From positions 288,001 through 352,000 of the forward strand of contig JBFWVL010000002.1 of the NCBI GenBank assembly GCA_050246755.1: a stretch of 64,000 bases of DNA, read 5' to 3'. Below are positions 39,127-49,453 of the stretch, piece by piece. The notes beneath the pieces were generated by a model, which had not been told where the DNA came from, did not search any database, and saw only the letters and a program-made list of their open reading frames with translations. Within the stretch, counting starts at the first letter, position 1; each line of letters begins with the position of its first letter. Both the position numbers and the translations under genes were made by a program. The DNA comes from Bacteriovoracia bacterium. GTDB lineage: Bacteria; Bdellovibrionota; UBA1018; CAIPTA01.

Positions 39127-40962
39127 CTACGGCAATGGATCGCCGGCGAGTTTACCCACCGGGCTAAATAGTAGCGGGAATGCCAGCAGCGAAGCTCCCG
39201 CCACTCCTGCCAAAGGCCAGCGCACGCAAACCGCCGCCAGTACGGTCTGCAGAATTACCGCCTGCAGAAATTGCCGGCGAGCGTATTCTTGATAGGCGCG
39301 CCCCAGGCGGATAACGTGCCAGACGCTCGCCAGGTCCCAGCGGGCCGTCGTCACTTCTCCCCGTAATTTTGCGAAAGGGGTCACGATCTTGGGAAATTTG
39401 CCCGGCGGCAGGGGAGTGATTCCATTATCGAGCCAAAGTGGGCTCAGGCCATCGCTGCCGAGACGGCCCAGGAGCTCCTCGGCGGCCCCCGCGGCCGCTT
39501 CGCCCTGAAAATGCTCTACGCCCACTTCTTCGGCCAATGCCTGGAGGCTTTCTTTATGCACTTGGGAAAGTAAAACCACGGGCAACCCGGCCCGCGCGAG
39601 CGACTGAACGGCCTCGGCACTGGAAGCGCGGACCGAGTCCACAAAAGAAAATGCCGCCACCACCTTCGATTCCCGTAGCAGGAAATGAGCGCTAGCCCCC
39701 GGCCGCTTCATCTCTTGCGCGAGGAAGCTAGAAAATTTTGCGTAAGGGATTCCTTCCGTCACTAGCGTGGATTCATCGCAGAACCGGACTTCTTCTCCGG
39801 AAACCACGCCCGCGCCGCCGCCGGGAGCGGGAAAAAAAACATCCAGCAGCTCGAGGGGAATATTGCGCAAACGCATTTCTTTTAGAATGGAGTAGGCGGC
39901 GGGACTTTCTATCCGGCGCGCGAGCGGGGCGGCGAGCCGCAGGGCCCCTTCTTCCTCCAGCGCATCATCGGTGGCCACGCCCGAGAGACGAAGAACACCT
40001 TCCATCAGCGATCCTTCTGGGTCGGTAACCAGGGACTGAGCGGTGCTCACGGACCGCACGTCGGCCAAGGAACGCCACAATACGCCGGTGGCGGCGGAGC
40101 GGGCCACGAGCGCCAACCGCAACGCCCAACTGCTTCCACCGTACAGGGTGCCGAGCGAGCTTAGCCAGACGCCGAGTAATACCGCGCCGCTATCTTCGAT
40201 TGCGGCATGCATGGTCACCAAGAAAAGCAGCGCCAATATTTCCAACAAGAAATACCGGATATTCAAAAGCGGAAATTCAGGAAAACCGATCTGCAAGAAA
40301 TTTGCTTTTCGCTGGAGAAACGTTTGATTCCCGGCGTGCGAAACGCGGAACAGGAAGCTCGCGCTCTTGTTCTTGCTGCCGGCGTACACGCTTTTTCCCA
40401 CGCCCTTCGCGGCCGGTTCCGGATCTCCGGTAAGCAAAAGCTCTTCGGTAAAGCCGGAGCCGAAAGATACCACACCATCGGCGGGAAGTATTTCTCCGGC
40501 CTGCACGCGCACGATATGATCCGGATGCAACGAGGAGGTCGGAGTATCCGTCTCGATGTCATTATCGATGAACAGCCGGCTATTAGCGGGAACCGTCGCC
40601 TTCAATTCCCTGGCAAACTCCTGATTAACGCCTTCTTTTTTCTCGGCCATTTCCAGGAGCACGAGACGAAACTGAAATGAAAAAATCACCAGCGGAACCC
40701 AGATCTTCCCGAGATGTGGCGGGAGCGGGCCTTCGAGCAAGAGCACGGCCAGGCCTAAAATGGAAAAACCTAGGATATAAAAAATCCGGCGAGGGCGCTG
40801 CGCGATCTGCCAGAAACTGATGGGCAGCGAAAAAAGAGATATGTATAAAGCGAGGGAATCGCGCTCGGCAAAAAAAGCCAAAAGGCAGCCGACGGCGGCC
40901 AGCGCCAATGCCGTACGGTCAAGCTTCGCCGCGAAGCTCATCTGCTTTTTCTCGTGATCCAC
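39127..40962 (-). CDS. Degenerate P1B-type ATPase-like membrane protein (catalytic motifs lost)
   Basis: A-domain GEILPADGVV..LLTGDPEP; DKTGT replaced by DPEGS; no CPx motif; GDGxND replaced by DNGITP. Confidence 0.75.
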   Translation of the reverse strand: MDHEKKQMSFAAKLDRTALALAAVGCLLAFFAERDSLALYISLFSLPISFWQIAQRPRRIFYILGFSILGLAVLLLEGPLPPHLGKIWVPLVIFSFQFRLVLLEMAEKKEGVNQEFARELKATVPANSRLFIDNDIETDTPTSSLHPDHIVRVQAGEILPADGVVSFGSGFTEELLLTGDPEPAAKGVGKSVYAGSKNKSASFLFRVSHAGNQTFLQRKANFLQIGFPEFPLLNIRYFLLEILALLFLVTMHAAIEDSGAVLLGVWLSSLGTLYGGSSWALRLALVARSAATGVLWRSLADVRSVSTAQSLVTDPEGSLMEGVLRLSGVATDDALEEEGALRLAAPLARRIESPAAYSILKEMRLRNIPLELLDVFFPAPGGGAGVVSGEEVRFCDESTLVTEGIPYAKFSSFLAQEMKRPGASAHFLLRESKVVAAFSFVDSVRASSAEAVQSLARAGLPVVLLSQVHKESLQALAEEVGVEHFQGEAAAGAAEELLGRLGSDGLSPLWLDNGITPLPPGKFPKIVTPFAKLRGEVTTARWDLASVWHVIRLGRAYQEYARRQFLQAVILQTVLAAVCVRWPLAGVAGASLLAFPLLFSPVGKLAGDPLP

Positions 40963-40982
40963 ATCGCCTATTAAGAATAGCG

Positions 40983-41948
40983 CTAGGTCGGGCTTTTCAC
41001 AATGCGCACGCTGCGCTGGCTGCTCTGCCGGTTGAACTCCGCCATTGCCAGCGCGGCGGCCACCGACACGTTAAGGCTCTCTACGTTACCCGTGCCCGGG
41101 ATACGTAGCGATCTCTCCACCGTCGCGCGCACAAGGCCGGAAACCCCATCTACCTCATTGCCAAAAACGAAAACGGCTTTCTCTGGCAGGCGCGTATCGT
41201 AAATAGAAGGATTGCTTTCCTTCGCATCGAACGTATAGGAAATAAAATCACGCTGGTGCAGGCGGTCGAAAAATGTCTCGGCGTCTTCCACCTCCACGAG
41301 CGAAACGAACTCGGCGGCCCCTTCGGAGGTGCGATTAGCGGCGGGAGAAAGCCGGGAAAAAGATTCTTTCGGCAAAGCCACGTGCCGAATGCCGAAATGA
41401 GCGGCGCTGCGAAGAATGGCACCGAGATTATGCGGATTGCCCACTCCATCGAGGTAGAGCAGGAGCGAGCGTCCGCCCATGATCTCGCGGAAAAAATCCT
41501 TTTCCTGCATCGTACGCTTCGCGGCGGCCACGATGCATACTCCCTGGTGATGAACCGAATCAGTGAGCCGCTCTAAATCACTTGCGTCCACCAGCTGATA
41601 CGCTCTTTGCTCCTTCGCCATCGCGGTGAGCATTTCCGCGTATTCCTCGGTTCTCGCTCGCTCCACGTAGACCCGAATGATATCCCGCGGACGATTTTTC
41701 CAGATTGCCACGCAGGCGTTCTTTCCGCAGAAACGGAGCTCGTCTTTATTGAGATGCTGAGGGCGAGAAGAAGGGCGTTCGCTATCGCGGCGGTACATGC
41801 CCCGCATCGGTTTCTCGAAGCGATTCAGCCGTTCCTGTTGGGGAACGCCCGCCGGACGCGATGCGGTTCCGGGAACGGGCTGGGAATCTTTTCCGCTGGG
41901 GCGGCGTGGTCGGTCGCGCCGCTTCGGAGGACCAGATTTATCGTTCAT
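40983..41948 (-). CDS. TrmH/SpoU-family RNA 2'-O-methyltransferase
   Basis: [36 protein letters not shown]. Confidence 0.92.
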   Translation of the reverse strand: MNDKSGPPKRRDRPRRPSGKDSQPVPGTASRPAGVPQQERLNRFEKPMRGMYRRDSERPSSRPQHLNKDELRFCGKNACVAIWKNRPRDIIRVYVERARTEEYAEMLTAMAKEQRAYQLVDASDLERLTDSVHHQGVCIVAAAKRTMQEKDFFREIMGGRSLLLYLDGVGNPHNLGAILRSAAHFGIRHVALPKESFSRLSPAANRTSEGAAEFVSLVEVEDAETFFDRLHQRDFISYTFDAKESNPSIYDTRLPEKAVFVFGNEVDGVSGLVRATVERSLRIPGTGNVESLNVSVAAALAMAEFNRQSSQRSVRIVKSPT

Positions 41949-42685
41949 GATTTCTTCCCTTGGTTAGCTACGGCCGCTGCTGCGGCTTTCGCCTTGGCTT
42001 CGTCGCCCAAATAATAGTGACGGATGGGTTTCATGCTCTCGTCTAACTCATATACGAGCGGAATACCCGTGGGAATATTGAGCTCCATGATATCGGCCTG
42101 GCTAATTCCATCCAGGTGCATTACCAGCGCGCGGAGGCTGTTTCCGTGGGCCGCAATGAGAATTTTCTGGCCGCGCTTCACTTCCGGCGCGATGGTCTTT
42201 TCCCAATAGGGAAGCATGCGGTCCACCGTCTGCTTCAGCGCTTCGCCGGCGGGCAGGTCCTTTACGCCCTGGTAGCGGGGATCATGGCTGGGATGGCGTT
42301 CATCTTTGGTTTCCAGCAGCGGGGGCAATACGTCGAAGCTCCTGCGCCAAATATGAACCTGCTCGTCGCCGTATTTGGCGGCTGTTTCGGATTTATTAAG
42401 TCCCTGAAGCGCGCCGTAGTGGCGTTCGTTTAGGCGCCAGCTTTTTTCCACCGGTACCCAGAGCAGGTCCATCTGATCCTGTACGATCCAGAGAGTACGG
42501 AGCGCGCGCTTGAGCACCGAGGTATAGGCGCGGTCGAACGTCAGGCCCGCTTCCTTGAGCAGTTTCCCGGCTTCGGCGGCCTCTTCCTGGCCTTTTTCAG
42601 AAAGGTCCACGTCGGTCCAGCCCGTGAAGCGATTCTCTTTATTCCAGGTGCTTTCTCCATGCCGCAATAATACCAATTTATACAT
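41945..42685 (-). CDS. gpmA: 2,3-BPG-dependent phosphoglycerate mutase
   Basis: [28 protein letters not shown]. Confidence 0.97.
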   Translation of the reverse strand: MYKLVLLRHGESTWNKENRFTGWTDVDLSEKGQEEAAEAGKLLKEAGLTFDRAYTSVLKRALRTLWIVQDQMDLLWVPVEKSWRLNERHYGALQGLNKSETAAKYGDEQVHIWRRSFDVLPPLLETKDERHPSHDPRYQGVKDLPAGEALKQTVDRMLPYWEKTIAPEVKRGQKILIAAHGNSLRALVMHLDGISQADIMELNIPTGIPLVYELDESMKPIRHYYLGDEAKAKAAAAAVANQGKKS

Positions 42686-42695
42686 TTTCTTTACC

Positions 42696-43922
42696 TCACT
42701 GGGCGAAGGTTTTTTCTACTTCGCTTCTTACATTTTTGTCGTCGAACAAACGGTCGTGGCTCAACTCGCTGTAAATCACCTTCGCGTTTTTCGCCAGTAA
42801 AGCAGGCAACACCGAAGAGGTGAGGGGCACCGTTCCGTCGCCCGGTGCATACAGTTCTTTTTCGGGTAAATTTCTCTTGGCTGGCTTATCCGTATCGAAG
42901 ATCAGCTCGCCGGAAGAGGGATCAAAAAACGCCGAGGTCAGTGTGTCCCGGTCTTTTCCTACCACGTTTATCACGCTCAGAGAGGCGGGAGGCAACGCGG
43001 TTTCGTGCACGAAATTTATCCGGTCGGCGAACTTTTTCGCCCTAGCCAGCTGCTCCACTGTAAATTTTACGCGGGCTAGGCGAATGCTCTCGGGAAGATC
43101 CCCACTACGCAATAGGCCCAGCTTATTTTTTTCCCAAAAATGAAAATCAGAAAGGTTCGCTGGTACCGGATTCTGGGCCAAATCTTTAAAGACGGCGGAA
43201 ACCGGCATCACCGCGTAGGAAGCCGGGAAAGAAGCCACGGTTTCGGCGGGCAAGAGCTTACGGTTCCAGGGAAAATCCGCGCCTCGCTGCATATTGCGGA
43301 ATACCGAGAAGCAACCCTGAAAAGGGGTGCCTAAAAAGATAATGCGCTCTATTTTCTTGGCTCCCGCCCAGTTCAGCTTCGCGATTTCTCGCGGCTGGCT
43401 TCCGTAACCCAAATAATAGCTGGCCACCATTCCGCCCATACTATGGGCCATAATCGTGATCTTGGAGACCCCCTTGGCCTGGAGGGCCTGCACCAGGGCC
43501 TCCAGCTGGTTTACCGCGAGGCTGAGATCCTTGCGCCAGTCGTAGGCCATCGGCACAACTTGCACTCCCGGCAACGACTGCGCGTATTTCACGAACTCGC
43601 CGTAAACGTCTACGTTATAAAAAATCGGCAGCACGGGAACTCCGCCGAAAAGGCCTTCTACTTCTAGCCGCGGGCCCGGCGGGGTAGCCAGCTCTTCCTG
43701 GAATAAACTGAGGGCGTTGCGGCCGAAAAGAATTTCCCGGGCCGAAAGGAATATTCGGCGCTGTGATTCCACATCGCGCAGCGTGCTGCCGTAGTAGCCG
43801 TGAATGAAAATCAGGGCCGGCCGGGAATCAAAGGTGGTTTGCTGCATAATCGAAGATTTCTCGGATCCACAGGCCAGCGCCACTAAGGCCACGATCACGA
43901 TGAATATACGCGGGAGCTTCAT
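42696..43922 (-). CDS. Lipoprotein alpha/beta hydrolase, LCAT/PGAP1-like lipase or acyltransferase
   Basis: Lipobox ALA|C, HGYYGS, YDWR, AHSMGG, GTPFQG, GDGTVP, terminal His. Confidence 0.82.
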   Translation of the reverse strand: MKLPRIFIVIVALVALACGSEKSSIMQQTTFDSRPALIFIHGYYGSTLRDVESQRRIFLSAREILFGRNALSLFQEELATPPGPRLEVEGLFGGVPVLPIFYNVDVYGEFVKYAQSLPGVQVVPMAYDWRKDLSLAVNQLEALVQALQAKGVSKITIMAHSMGGMVASYYLGYGSQPREIAKLNWAGAKKIERIIFLGTPFQGCFSVFRNMQRGADFPWNRKLLPAETVASFPASYAVMPVSAVFKDLAQNPVPANLSDFHFWEKNKLGLLRSGDLPESIRLARVKFTVEQLARAKKFADRINFVHETALPPASLSVINVVGKDRDTLTSAFFDPSSGELIFDTDKPAKRNLPEKELYAPGDGTVPLTSSVLPALLAKNAKVIYSELSHDRLFDDKNVRSEVEKTFAQ

Positions 43923-45140
43923 TCACACACTTTCGAACGTGCGCTGGATAATTTGGCAACTCTCGCGTACCTGCACCTCGTTGATTACCAGCGGAGGCGC
44001 TAAGCGGATGATATGGTCATGCGTCGGCTTGGCGAGCAGGCCGTTTTCTTTTAATTTCAGGCAAAGATCCCAAGCCTTAACGGGCGCTTGAGGATCCACC
44101 ACCACCGCGTTCATCAGGCCGCGGCCACGGACTTCCTGCACCCAGGGCTGTTTCACTTTTTTCATCTCCGAGCGGAATAGCTCGCCCATGCGCGCCGAAT
44201 TTTCTGTGAGCTTCTCGTCTCGCAATACTTCGAGCGCCGCCATGGCCACGCGGCAGGCTAGGGGATTTCCGCCGTAGGTGGAGCCATGCTCTCCCGGCTT
44301 TAAGTTCATCATCACTTCGTCGTCGCAGAGAACGGCCGAAACGGGCAGCACTCCGCCCGAGAGCGCTTTCCCGAGGATCAGGATATCGGGGCGCACGTTT
44401 TCGTGGTCGCAGGCGAGCAGCTTTCCGGTGCGACCGAGCCCGGTTTGCACTTCGTCGGCGATAAAGAGAACGTTATATTTTTCGCAGATCGCCTTGGCCT
44501 GGCGAAGGTAGCCTGCCGAGGGAATTACCACGCCGGCTTCTCCTTGAATCGGTTCCAGCATGAAAGCGGCTACGTTTTTGTCTTTACAGGCTTGTTCGAG
44601 CGCCTCGAGGTCGTCGTAGTTGATCACTTCGAAGCCCGGCATATAGGGGCCAAAGCCGGCGTACGAGGATGGATCCGTGGACGAAGAAATCGCGGCGAGG
44701 GTTCTGCCCCAGAAATTTCCCTTCGCGAAGAGAATTTTTGCCTGCTTATCCGCGATGCCTTTTTTAACGTAGCCCCAGCGGCGGGCCAGCTTAATGGCAG
44801 TCTCTCCGCCTTCCACGCCGGTATTCATGGGCAAAACACGCTGGTAACCGAAATACGAGGTGATGAATTTCGCGTATTCTCCCAATACGTCATTATAAAA
44901 CGCGCGAGAAGTGAGCGTAATACGTTGGGCTTGTTCGGTGAGCGCCGCGAGGATTTTGGGATGGCAATGGCCTTGATTCACCGCGGAGTAGGCGGCTAAG
45001 AAATCGAAGTATTTTTTTCCTTCGGGATCCCAGACGAAAATTCCTTCGCCGCGGGAAAGAACCACGGGAATGGGATGGTAATTATGGGCGCCGAATTTAT
45101 CTTCGAGCGCGATGGCTTCTTGGCTGGAGACGGTTTTCAT
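43923..45140 (-). CDS. rocD: Ornithine aminotransferase
   Basis: [46 protein letters not shown]. Confidence 0.95.
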   Translation of the reverse strand: MKTVSSQEAIALEDKFGAHNYHPIPVVLSRGEGIFVWDPEGKKYFDFLAAYSAVNQGHCHPKILAALTEQAQRITLTSRAFYNDVLGEYAKFITSYFGYQRVLPMNTGVEGGETAIKLARRWGYVKKGIADKQAKILFAKGNFWGRTLAAISSSTDPSSYAGFGPYMPGFEVINYDDLEALEQACKDKNVAAFMLEPIQGEAGVVIPSAGYLRQAKAICEKYNVLFIADEVQTGLGRTGKLLACDHENVRPDILILGKALSGGVLPVSAVLCDDEVMMNLKPGEHGSTYGGNPLACRVAMAALEVLRDEKLTENSARMGELFRSEMKKVKQPWVQEVRGRGLMNAVVVDPQAPVKAWDLCLKLKENGLLAKPTHDHIIRLAPPLVINEVQVRESCQIIQRTFESV

Positions 45141-45216
45141 CCCGGCAGCATAGCCTAGACGCGTCGAGTCAGTCCACGTTCCCCATGACCTCCCATAACG
45201 GGAAGCGAGGATAAAT

Positions 45217-45540
45217 TTAGAGAATATCCGCCTCTTCGAATTCATCCAAAACAATGCGCGCGGGCGCTTTCTCATCGAAAAAGGCCATTACCTTATCCAG
45301 TACGGCTTTGCCCTGATCGTGGCCGCCGGCGCAAAGAGAAACCGCGAGGGTCCCTCGCTCGGGATTGGCCACCATGTGCTCTTCCACCACCACGCACGAC
45401 ACGTTGAATTCTTTGCGCACTTCTTTCGACAGGGAGCGAAGGGAGCGTGCCTTAAATTCTTCGTCTTCGTTGTTGAAGAACTCGAATACGATTTTGCCGT
45501 GGAATGCCACCGGCTTATCTACCGAGCGGTGCTTATTCAA
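45217..45540 (-). CDS. DUF503 (YlxP)-like protein
   Basis: RKEFNVS..RGTLAVS..VLDKV pattern. Start is TTG 45540 (overlapping the upstream stop) or GTG 45510. Confidence 0.65.
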   Translation of the reverse strand: MNKHRSVDKPVAFHGKIVFEFFNNEDEEFKARSLRSLSKEVRKEFNVSCVVVEEHMVANPERGTLAVSLCAGGHDQGKAVLDKVMAFFDEKAPARIVLDEFEEADIL

Positions 45541-46415
45541 GTTTGGGAACCCTGGGATTTGGCGGCGATCTTCTTGCGGTTCCCGATGATCCTGATCACC
45601 TCGGAAGCCGTCTCCTCGAGCGCTTTTCCGGAAACGTCGAATACCGGCCACTTGCGATTCTGGCGGAAAAGGTCCGTGGCGTATTCGATATCGGCGAGCA
45701 CATGTTCCATGCTCGCGTAGTTTTCGTTGCGGTGATCACGGGGATCTTTACCTAGGCGATCGAGCCGCGCTTTGCGGATCGTATGCAGCACTTCGGCTTG
45801 AATGGTGAGGCAGATGATCTTGTTGGGATCTACCTGCTGCAATTCGGGAGGCACGGGAATACCGCGCACGAGCGGAATATTTAGAACCTTATAGCCCTGC
45901 ATCGAGAGGTACATGGAGAGCGGAGTCTTGGAGGTACGGGAAATCCCGAGAATCACGATATCCGCTTCCTGGAGGCCGCTCAGGGTTTTCCCATCGTCGT
46001 GGTGGATCGTAAACTCCATAGCCGCGATCCGGCGGAAATACTGTTCGTCCACCACCCGGGTGAGGCCGGGCTGAGATTTTGGCTGCACCTCGAAGAAAAG
46101 CGCCATGGAGTTCAGCAAAGGCCCCAATAAATCGATGGCGGGAATATTGTGCTTTTGGGCTAGTTCCTGGATGGATTTTCTCAGCTCGGGCGACACGAGG
46201 GTATAAACCACGAGATCGTGACGCGGAACCGCGTCTTCGAAAATGGCCTCGATTTGCACTTGGGTGCGGATATTTTTATAGCGCGTGAAAGAAATCTCGC
46301 GATTCGAGAACTGCACCACGGCCGCTTTCGTCATGAGCGAGGCCGTTTCTCCGGTTCCATCCGAGATGATGATGATCTTGATGTCGTCCTGGTGGGGCTG
46401 GGAGTGTTCGGTCAT
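45537..46415 (-). CDS. ppsR: PEP synthase/PPDK regulatory kinase-pyrophosphorylase (DUF299)
   Basis: ISDGTGETA, YFRRIAAMEF..HDDG, GISRTSKTP, KALEETA. Confidence 0.93.
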   Translation of the reverse strand: MTEHSQPHQDDIKIIIISDGTGETASLMTKAAVVQFSNREISFTRYKNIRTQVQIEAIFEDAVPRHDLVVYTLVSPELRKSIQELAQKHNIPAIDLLGPLLNSMALFFEVQPKSQPGLTRVVDEQYFRRIAAMEFTIHHDDGKTLSGLQEADIVILGISRTSKTPLSMYLSMQGYKVLNIPLVRGIPVPPELQQVDPNKIICLTIQAEVLHTIRKARLDRLGKDPRDHRNENYASMEHVLADIEYATDLFRQNRKWPVFDVSGKALEETASEVIRIIGNRKKIAAKSQGSQT

Positions 46416-46489
46416 AGGGAAGATAGTAGTGTAGAAACGGTAAGGCGGCTAGGCTTAGCCCATTACGCGGCGTGTGATGGCGGAAGATT

Positions 46490-46699
46490 TTAGGCGATCA
46501 CCTTGATCTGCTGGCCATTAAATGAAACTACCTGCCCAGCACGAATTTTTTTCCCGCGCCGGATTTCGAGCGCGCCGTCCACGGTAACCTGGCCGGAAAC
46601 GATCACGGCCTTGGCGGCGCCGCCACTATCGCTCAGTCCGCTGGCCTTGAGCAGTGCTTGCAGGGTAATAAATTCTTCGCCTTCTAGTTTGAATTCCAT
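46490..46699 (-). CDS. S4-domain RNA-binding protein (YaaA/YbcJ)
   Basis: FITLQALLK..SGGAAK..V.VDG..E.RRGKKI. Confidence 0.9.
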   Translation of the reverse strand: MEFKLEGEEFITLQALLKASGLSDSGGAAKAVIVSGQVTVDGALEIRRGKKIRAGQVVSFNGQQIKVIA

Positions 46700-46719
46700 A
46701 ATTCTTCTATCCTGGGCTC

Positions 46720-47025
46720 ATGCGCATCCGGCAAATGGGATTTTCTTCCAGACTCATAGCACACCGCCATCTCCTCACGCTCGAGACTTTGAAGTTCATC
46801 GTAGAATATTTGGAAGACGGGAACGCCAAAAGCGCTGCGATTCGCGCTGGTATTCCCGAAACCTACGCTACCCGGCAAGGAAACTGGCTCAAGAAGCTGC
46901 CAATCGTGAAAAAAGCCCTCGAAACCGATACTAACGAGCGCGACCTCAAAAAGCTCCAGTCTGCGCTCGCCGTGATCGAAGAGAAAATGCGGGAATGTAA
47001 AGCGATTCTTGGGATGGACGCTTAA
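46720..47025 (+). CDS. Terminase-small-subunit-like HTH protein, orphan
   Basis: KFIVEYLEDGNAKSAAIRAG matches the TerS N-terminal F..EY..D.NA..AAIRAG motif; TATCCT-N6-ATG. Confidence 0.65.
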   Translation: MRIRQMGFSSRLIAHRHLLTLETLKFIVEYLEDGNAKSAAIRAGIPETYATRQGNWLKKLPIVKKALETDTNERDLKKLQSALAVIEEKMRECKAILGMDA

Positions 47026-47113
47026 GCAACCCAGCAGCGCGTTAACACCCAGTCATTTTCCACTAGGCAGGAAAAGCTTTGCTTCCACGTGGTCTCAATT
47101 TATATATCTCTGC

Positions 47114-48496
47114 ATGAAAAAACTCTTCATCTTCGCCTCCATTTTTAGCGCGCTCTCCGCCCAGGCAAGCCCTTCCGTTGCCAACGAAATAAATGCGGAA
47201 ATCACGAAGCGGCTCCTTACCGTGATGAGCTCGAACGGATGCAGCGAGAGGATTTGGCCCGGATACTCCTGGGAAAATCTAACCGTAGTTTTTATCGGAG
47301 ACGAAGTGCACCAGGCTTTTTCGGCCAAAGAGAAGCGCGTCTTCAGCGTCAGCTCCGACCAGCTTCCCTCGGCCGCCATAAAAACCGCCTACTTTTTCTT
47401 CAAACAGAAAGACGGAAGCGAGTGGATGTCCATCAATACGGCCCTGGACCTCAGCACCGGGCCCAAAAGAAATCCGGAAGAAGTGGCGAAAGACAACTTT
47501 CGCCTGGCGATCCACGAAGGGTTCCACTGGGTCGCCCAAAAAAATTGGCATATCTACGAAGGAAACCGGGGCACGGAACTTCCCATTCGCTGGGAGCCTC
47601 GATTGTACCGTTCGATCATGTTCAGCCAGCTGAAAGCCGCTCTGGCCGAAAAAAACCAAACGGAAACGCAGCTGAGAAAAGCACGCTACTGGTACGACCG
47701 CTGGTCGAGCGAGTATCCCGATGAAGTGATCAGCACCGCCGACGGATACGAAGGCTCGGCCCGTTACTCCGACTGGACTGGATACGCCCTTTCTGAACTA
47801 GGCTGCGATGCTTCCGAAGCGCAGCTGTCTGTGTTCGTGCAATCCATCCTCGATTCGAATTACGGTTTTGCCATGAACGGCGATCTGTTTGCCTTCGACG
47901 TGGAAGGGTACGAATTGGGCAGCCTGGCGGCTTTTCTATTGCGCCGAGACTACGTAAACGACGATTGGCAGGAAAAATTATCCGAAGGACAAAGCCCGGT
48001 CGCCATCTTACTCGAAAAATTTAGCCCCGTTTTTTCCGAGCCGGACCTCGCCATGCAGCAGAAGTTTAAGGACTCGGGTAAAAAGTTTCAGGAAGAGGCG
48101 GATAAATTGGTCGGTCATGCTACGGCTTTGCTAGCGGCACACGGTACTGTCTTCGTCAGCATTCCCCGGTCTTGGTATCTAGGCAGTTTTTCTCCTCTGG
48201 GATTTTTTATCGATCGCGCCACTAATATACAGCTCGTACCGATGGGAATGCCGCTTACTTTCACGAGCCCTAGCGGGACGTCGGCCATGAGATCGGAGCT
48301 CAATGCAGTTTTCCTGAGCAATCCCCAGGCGCCGTGCGGATCCCCATCGGACTGGCAATTCGCGGTCTCCGGCACAAAAATACACTTTTCTGAAACCGGC
48401 CAGGCCAGGCTCGAGGATTCTTTTTTTAGCGGCAATCTTTCCGGCGTCACCGCTCAAAGCGCAACGGGCGCGCAGTGGTTCTGTGCCGGCGAATAA
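47114..48496 (+). CDS. Secreted putative gluzincin-type metallopeptidase
   Basis: Signal peptide MKKLFIF..AQA; HEGFH plus downstream EGSARY. Confidence 0.68.
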   Translation: MKKLFIFASIFSALSAQASPSVANEINAEITKRLLTVMSSNGCSERIWPGYSWENLTVVFIGDEVHQAFSAKEKRVFSVSSDQLPSAAIKTAYFFFKQKDGSEWMSINTALDLSTGPKRNPEEVAKDNFRLAIHEGFHWVAQKNWHIYEGNRGTELPIRWEPRLYRSIMFSQLKAALAEKNQTETQLRKARYWYDRWSSEYPDEVISTADGYEGSARYSDWTGYALSELGCDASEAQLSVFVQSILDSNYGFAMNGDLFAFDVEGYELGSLAAFLLRRDYVNDDWQEKLSEGQSPVAILLEKFSPVFSEPDLAMQQKFKDSGKKFQEEADKLVGHATALLAAHGTVFVSIPRSWYLGSFSPLGFFIDRATNIQLVPMGMPLTFTSPSGTSAMRSELNAVFLSNPQAPCGSPSDWQFAVSGTKIHFSETGQARLEDSFFSGNLSGVTAQSATGAQWFCAGE

Positions 48497-49453
48497 CTAA
48501 ATCAGTTTTAGGCTTGATCTCAGCGCCGGAAGAAATTCCGGCTCTAGCCATTCCACGTCGCGCTCGCCGCGGAACCAGGTCATCTGCGCTTTCGCGAGCT
48601 TGCGGGTAGAGAAGAAAATTTTTCCTTCGAGCTCCTCGGTGGCGTTACCCAAAATCGCTTCCACGGCTTCTTTATAGCCCACGCTGCGCATGGGCTTTGC
48701 GTCCGGAGCAACGCCGGCATCCAATAGCTTCCGCACTTCTCGCTCGATGCCTTGCTTCACCATCAATGCCGTACGCGCCCGGATACGGGCTTCCAGCTCA
48801 TCTTTCGGCAGCTGCAGGCAAAAATAACGGAAATCGGGGTAACGTGGTTCGGCCACGCGGGCTTCGCGGTTGAGCTCGCTCCAAGGTTTTCCGTAGAGCT
48901 CCATGGCCTGCAAAGCACGGATCACGCGGTAATGATCGTTGCTATGGATCGTAGAAACGGATTGGGGATCCTTCGTCACGAGCTCGCGGTACATCTCATC
49001 CCAGCCCACGGATTCGGCCTTTTTCAACAGAGCGCGCTTTACCGCCGCCGCTCGCTCTTCGGGCTCATCGTCGCTCGAAGCCATGCCCCAGAGCAGGGCG
49101 CGGAGGTAGAAACCAGTTCCGCCCACCAAAATGGGGATGATTTTTTTCGCGTGCAGCTCCGCGATCTTTTCCTGGGCGATGCGCACGAAATCGCCGGCGG
49201 TGAAATCTTCGGCGGGGTCCGCCATATCGATCAGATGGTGAGGAACGAGGCGTTGTTCTTCTTTCGTGGGCTTGGCCGCGCCGATTTCGAATCCGCGGAA
49301 TACGGTGATCGAATCCGCGCAGAGAATTTCTGCCCGGCGGTTCATGGATTTCAGTTTCAGCGCAAATTCCACGGCGAGAGAAGATTTTCCGCTGGCGGTA
49401 GGGCCGGCGATTACGAGAACGGGCTTCTCGCCCAAGGCACGAATGGTTTTCAC
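48497..49453 (-). CDS. miaA: tRNA dimethylallyltransferase
   Basis: GPTASGKS, ADS, VPHHLID, VGGTGFY, SVGYKE, AKAQMTWFR; GTGA overlap with mutL. Confidence 0.95.
   Translation of the reverse strand: MKTIRALGEKPVLVIAGPTASGKSSLAVEFALKLKSMNRRAEILCADSITVFRGFEIGAAKPTKEEQRLVPHHLIDMADPAEDFTAGDFVRIAQEKIAELHAKKIIPILVGGTGFYLRALLWGMASSDDEPEERAAAVKRALLKKAESVGWDEMYRELVTKDPQSVSTIHSNDHYRVIRALQAMELYGKPWSELNREARVAEPRYPDFRYFCLQLPKDELEARIRARTALMVKQGIEREVRKLLDAGVAPDAKPMRSVGYKEAVEAILGNATEELEGKIFFSTRKLAKAQMTWFRGERDVEWLEPEFLPALRSSLKLI

Noticed and set aside
39127-40962. Calling the P-type ATPase-like ORF a pseudogene or a functional Cu/Zn pump
   Set aside because: No frameshift or stop supports a pseudogene call, and the missing DKTGT, CPx and GDGxND motifs argue against a working pump.
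46490-48496. Prophage around the TerS-like gene
   Set aside because: No integrase, TerL, portal, capsid or att repeats; flanks are housekeeping genes.
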